From positions 1 to 64,000 of the forward strand of contig JAVECL010000027.1 of the NCBI GenBank assembly GCA_051942245.1: a stretch of DNA of 64,000 bases. The letters run 5' to 3'. The stretch comes from Trypethelium eluteriae. Lineage: Eukaryota. The notes beneath the pieces were generated by a model, which was not told the DNA's origin, made no database searches, and saw only the letters and a list, made by a program, of their open reading frames with translations. Made by a program: the position numbers and the translations under genes. Shown here piece by piece: positions 63,056 to 64,000 of the stretch; within the stretch, counting starts at the first letter, position 1; the number at the start of each line of letters is the position of its first letter.

Positions 63056-64000
63056 TTGCGGCCCGAGCGCGTCCTGCACTAAACTACCGAGGTACCTAAG
63101 GTAACCATATTTCTATGAGTGCCTTCACAGTCGTGGCAGTTCGCGACTTGATTTTTCGCGTTAAACGTCACTACTCGTGATGTATCTAGGTAATTGAGAG
63201 GCATCGAGACGTTCGGCCCTCTCCATTGTTGCTACAATATCCCTGGGATGGATAGAGTCCTTAAGTATCACCTGCTTCTGCAATCATTTATCCGGGCGAC
63301 AAAAAATGCACGTTACTTATTTATCCATCACATCTTCCAATAAAACCCTTGGTATTCTCTGTTCATGCAGCGCCGAGATCCTTACATGATCCATACCTAT
63401 GTTTCAGAGGCCCTGTTCTCATCCAAAATTGTATACGGAATACCGTTGCTATCTCCAACCCCGCACCTAGGATGCATATCCGATCCCCGTCTGCATACCA
63501 TTTCTACGGCAGTTCTGAATCATTCTCCAGGCAACTTATCTCATTCGCTGATACATCTCTTACAAAGACTAGTCCTAGAAATTTCTTTCCTATCATTGGT
63601 GCGCAGATAGCTTCGGAATGGCTTGAGATCATGTATAAGAGAATATCGTATGCATTGAGTGCGGCTGAGTATGCAACTATGTTTGAAATGTCCCTCTAGG
63701 ACTGCACGACTTTCGGAAAGAAGCAATTTGACGCTGCGGAATGGACTGTGATTGGTGATACCGAGTAACGGTCTTTCCTCTCCGCACATGAACTTTTAAG
63801 GAGGACTCCTCGTTCAAACCTGAAACTATTGTCCTTTACTGGCGTTCATTAATATCTTTCTATCGACTATGGACGTCTCCTAGTCACCCCTCTTTGTTCA
63901 AAATTGAAATAACCGAACTCGTTGCGATATGTTACCTTACTGGTTCGTCTCTCTCTCAATTACTTGGTTCGTGCACATCAAAGGTATCGAAGGCAAGTTC

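Noticed and set aside
1..64000. tRNA, rRNA, CRISPR arrays or intact transposons
   Set aside because: None recognised by eye. tRNAscan-SE, Infernal or RepeatMasker would be needed to exclude them.

Overview
Eukaryotic, intron-containing DNA from a filamentous ascomycete (short GT..AG introns with CTRAC branch points); the genus cannot be assigned from this sequence. Conserved housekeeping genes are a RAD51-paralog, Pal1, MED31, RPC11, an ankyrin protein, MED15, an SLC35F6-like transporter, a Whi5/Nrm1-like repressor, MOT1, an acyl-CoA synthetase and RPL16/uL13. These are interleaved with plant-polysaccharide enzymes (GH28, CE2, GH31) and accessory islands. The most notable observations are: (1) a tandem pair of APH-fold kinases, both interrupted, one by a single in-frame TAG at a position that is Trp in its paralog (candidate A-to-I stop-correction or RIP lesion); (2) a secreted protein with the 6-Cys N-domain pattern of FOLD/SIX6-type effectors, convergent with a second Cys-rich secreted protein; (3) a secretory-pathway Hsp70-fold-like protein lacking ATP-binding motifs and ending in HGEL; (4) a prokaryote-type ketol-acid reductoisomerase paralog with introns; (5) a 261-bp mutated copy of part of the RAD51-paralog gene about 60 kb away. 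Exon boundaries were read by eye, and family assignments come from motif recognition, not database searches.
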